Below are positions 12,736-13,385 of a DNA stretch of 13,385 bases, in pieces. Location of the stretch: the NCBI GenBank assembly GCA_013378385.1, contig JACAFS010000028.1, positions 1 to 13,385 on the forward strand. The letters run 5' to 3'. A program made the translations under genes and the position numbers. Source of the stretch: Nitrososphaerota archaeon (GTDB lineage Archaea; Thermoproteota; Nitrososphaeria; Nitrososphaerales; UBA57). Position 1 is the first letter of the stretch, and each line of letters opens with the position of its first letter. Under the pieces are notes generated by a model. It had not been told where the DNA came from, did no database searches, and was given only the letters and a program-made list of their open reading frames with translations.

Positions 12736-13385
12736 ATGAATCATAGGTATTGGCTTATATCTATACTAGCAGCTTTGCTGTTAGTAACTTCAAGTTGGGG
12801 ATACGCTGCTCTTTCAAATAGTAATGATACAGCAGTAGTTCCTTCAGTTGAAGCGGTTGGTCCAGGAAATTGGGAATGGATCAATTATGGACCTGATGGC
12901 GGAAGTTTCAGCCCTCAAACACAGATCAATAAGGAAACAGTTGCATATCTGGAAATGAAATGGATTTATCCATTCCAATCAGATGTTGAAACCACTTTCC
13001 CTAACTCTGTGCAAGAAGGTGCTTCTGCTCCCCCTATAATTGTTGACGGCGTTGTTTATGTCGCAAAGAACAAACAAGATGTTGTCGCAGTTGATGCAAA
13101 GACAGGCGAACAAGTATGGTACAGTGATGTAATCACTCAAGCTGCCGACTTTGACGCATGGCTTGCAGAATTTCCTTACATGCAAGGACAGTATGGACAT
13201 ACTCATGCAATTAATTATTACGCCGACCGTAACGAGCTTATCTTGAGCTCCGCACCATGTTGGTTGAAATCATTAAATGCTGAAGATGGAACTATGGCAT
13301 GGCAATTAGGACCTGAACTCCTTTGTGGTACACAAGCTGAAATGGGTAATCCATTAGGCGCAATGGGTACATTCAAGAGTAAAGG
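12736..13385 (+). CDS. Secreted PQQ-dependent dehydrogenase-like beta-propeller (quinoprotein family), 3' end outside the window
   Basis: Not in the supplied track because it has no stop in the window. My hand translation shows 216 codons with no stop. The signal-like N-terminus is MNHRYWLISILAALLLVTSSWGYAA. Next comes NWEWINYGPDGGSFSPQTQINKETVAYLEMKWIYPF...APPIIVDGVVYVAKNKQDVVAVDAKTGEQVW. This matches the N-terminal consensus of quinoprotein alcohol/glucose dehydrogenases: W..yg.d...fSp..qIn..nv..L...W, then P.v.dG.mY, then v.AlDa.TG...W. Confidence 0.75.
   Translation, partial: MNHRYWLISILAALLLVTSSWGYAALSNSNDTAVVPSVEAVGPGNWEWINYGPDGGSFSPQTQINKETVAYLEMKWIYPFQSDVETTFPNSVQEGASAPPIIVDGVVYVAKNKQDVVAVDAKTGEQVWYSDVITQAADFDAWLAEFPYMQGQYGHTHAINYYADRNELILSSAPCWLKSLNAEDGTMAWQLGPELLCGTQAEMGNPLGAMGTFKSK

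Noticed and set aside
12979-13206. 75-aa minus-strand ORF listed in the track
   Set aside because: It is antisense to the unlisted open plus-strand frame 12736..13385, which carries a strong quinoprotein dehydrogenase N-terminal consensus.
1-13385. CRISPR repeats, transposase/integrase genes, IS-type terminal inverted repeats, toxin-antitoxin pairs or known defence genes
   Set aside because: None seen. The only repeats are the intra-moxR identity tracts and the 13-bp promoter inverted repeat. I saw no compositional shift suggesting a horizontally acquired island.

Overview
AT-rich (roughly one-third G+C by eye), tightly packed archaeal chromosomal segment. The gene content (aCPSF1/FttA-type beta-CASP RNase, 20S proteasome beta subunit, archaeal PUA protein, DUF552/SepF-like protein, secreted PQQ-type quinoprotein) suggests a Nitrosopumilus-like archaeon, but that is inference only. 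I support 15 coding regions. One of them, 12736..13385 (+), is absent from the supplied ORF track because it runs off the window end. I saw no rRNA, tRNA, CRISPR array, transposase or integrase. The left part holds housekeeping genes: a phosphatase-PUA pair, a SepF-like gene, and a psmB-aCPSF1 operon on the minus strand. The main finding is an eight-gene, translationally coupled plus-strand cluster (4024..12247). In order it encodes an N-terminally anchored beta-rich surface protein, a small DUF4129-like membrane protein, THREE tandem diverged MoxR-family AAA+ ATPases, a DUF58 protein, a polytopic membrane protein, and a 677-687 aa secreted protein with a C-terminal anchor. This resembles the MoxR-DUF58-transglutaminase (TgpA) and Bat operon families. 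However, I found no recognisable transglutaminase core and no canonical VWA BatA/B. The ATPase is triplicated, with asymmetric catalytic motifs, and paralogs 1 and 2 share a 105-nt tract with zero synonymous differences, which looks like gene conversion. All functional calls come from motif recognition by eye; no database search was run.
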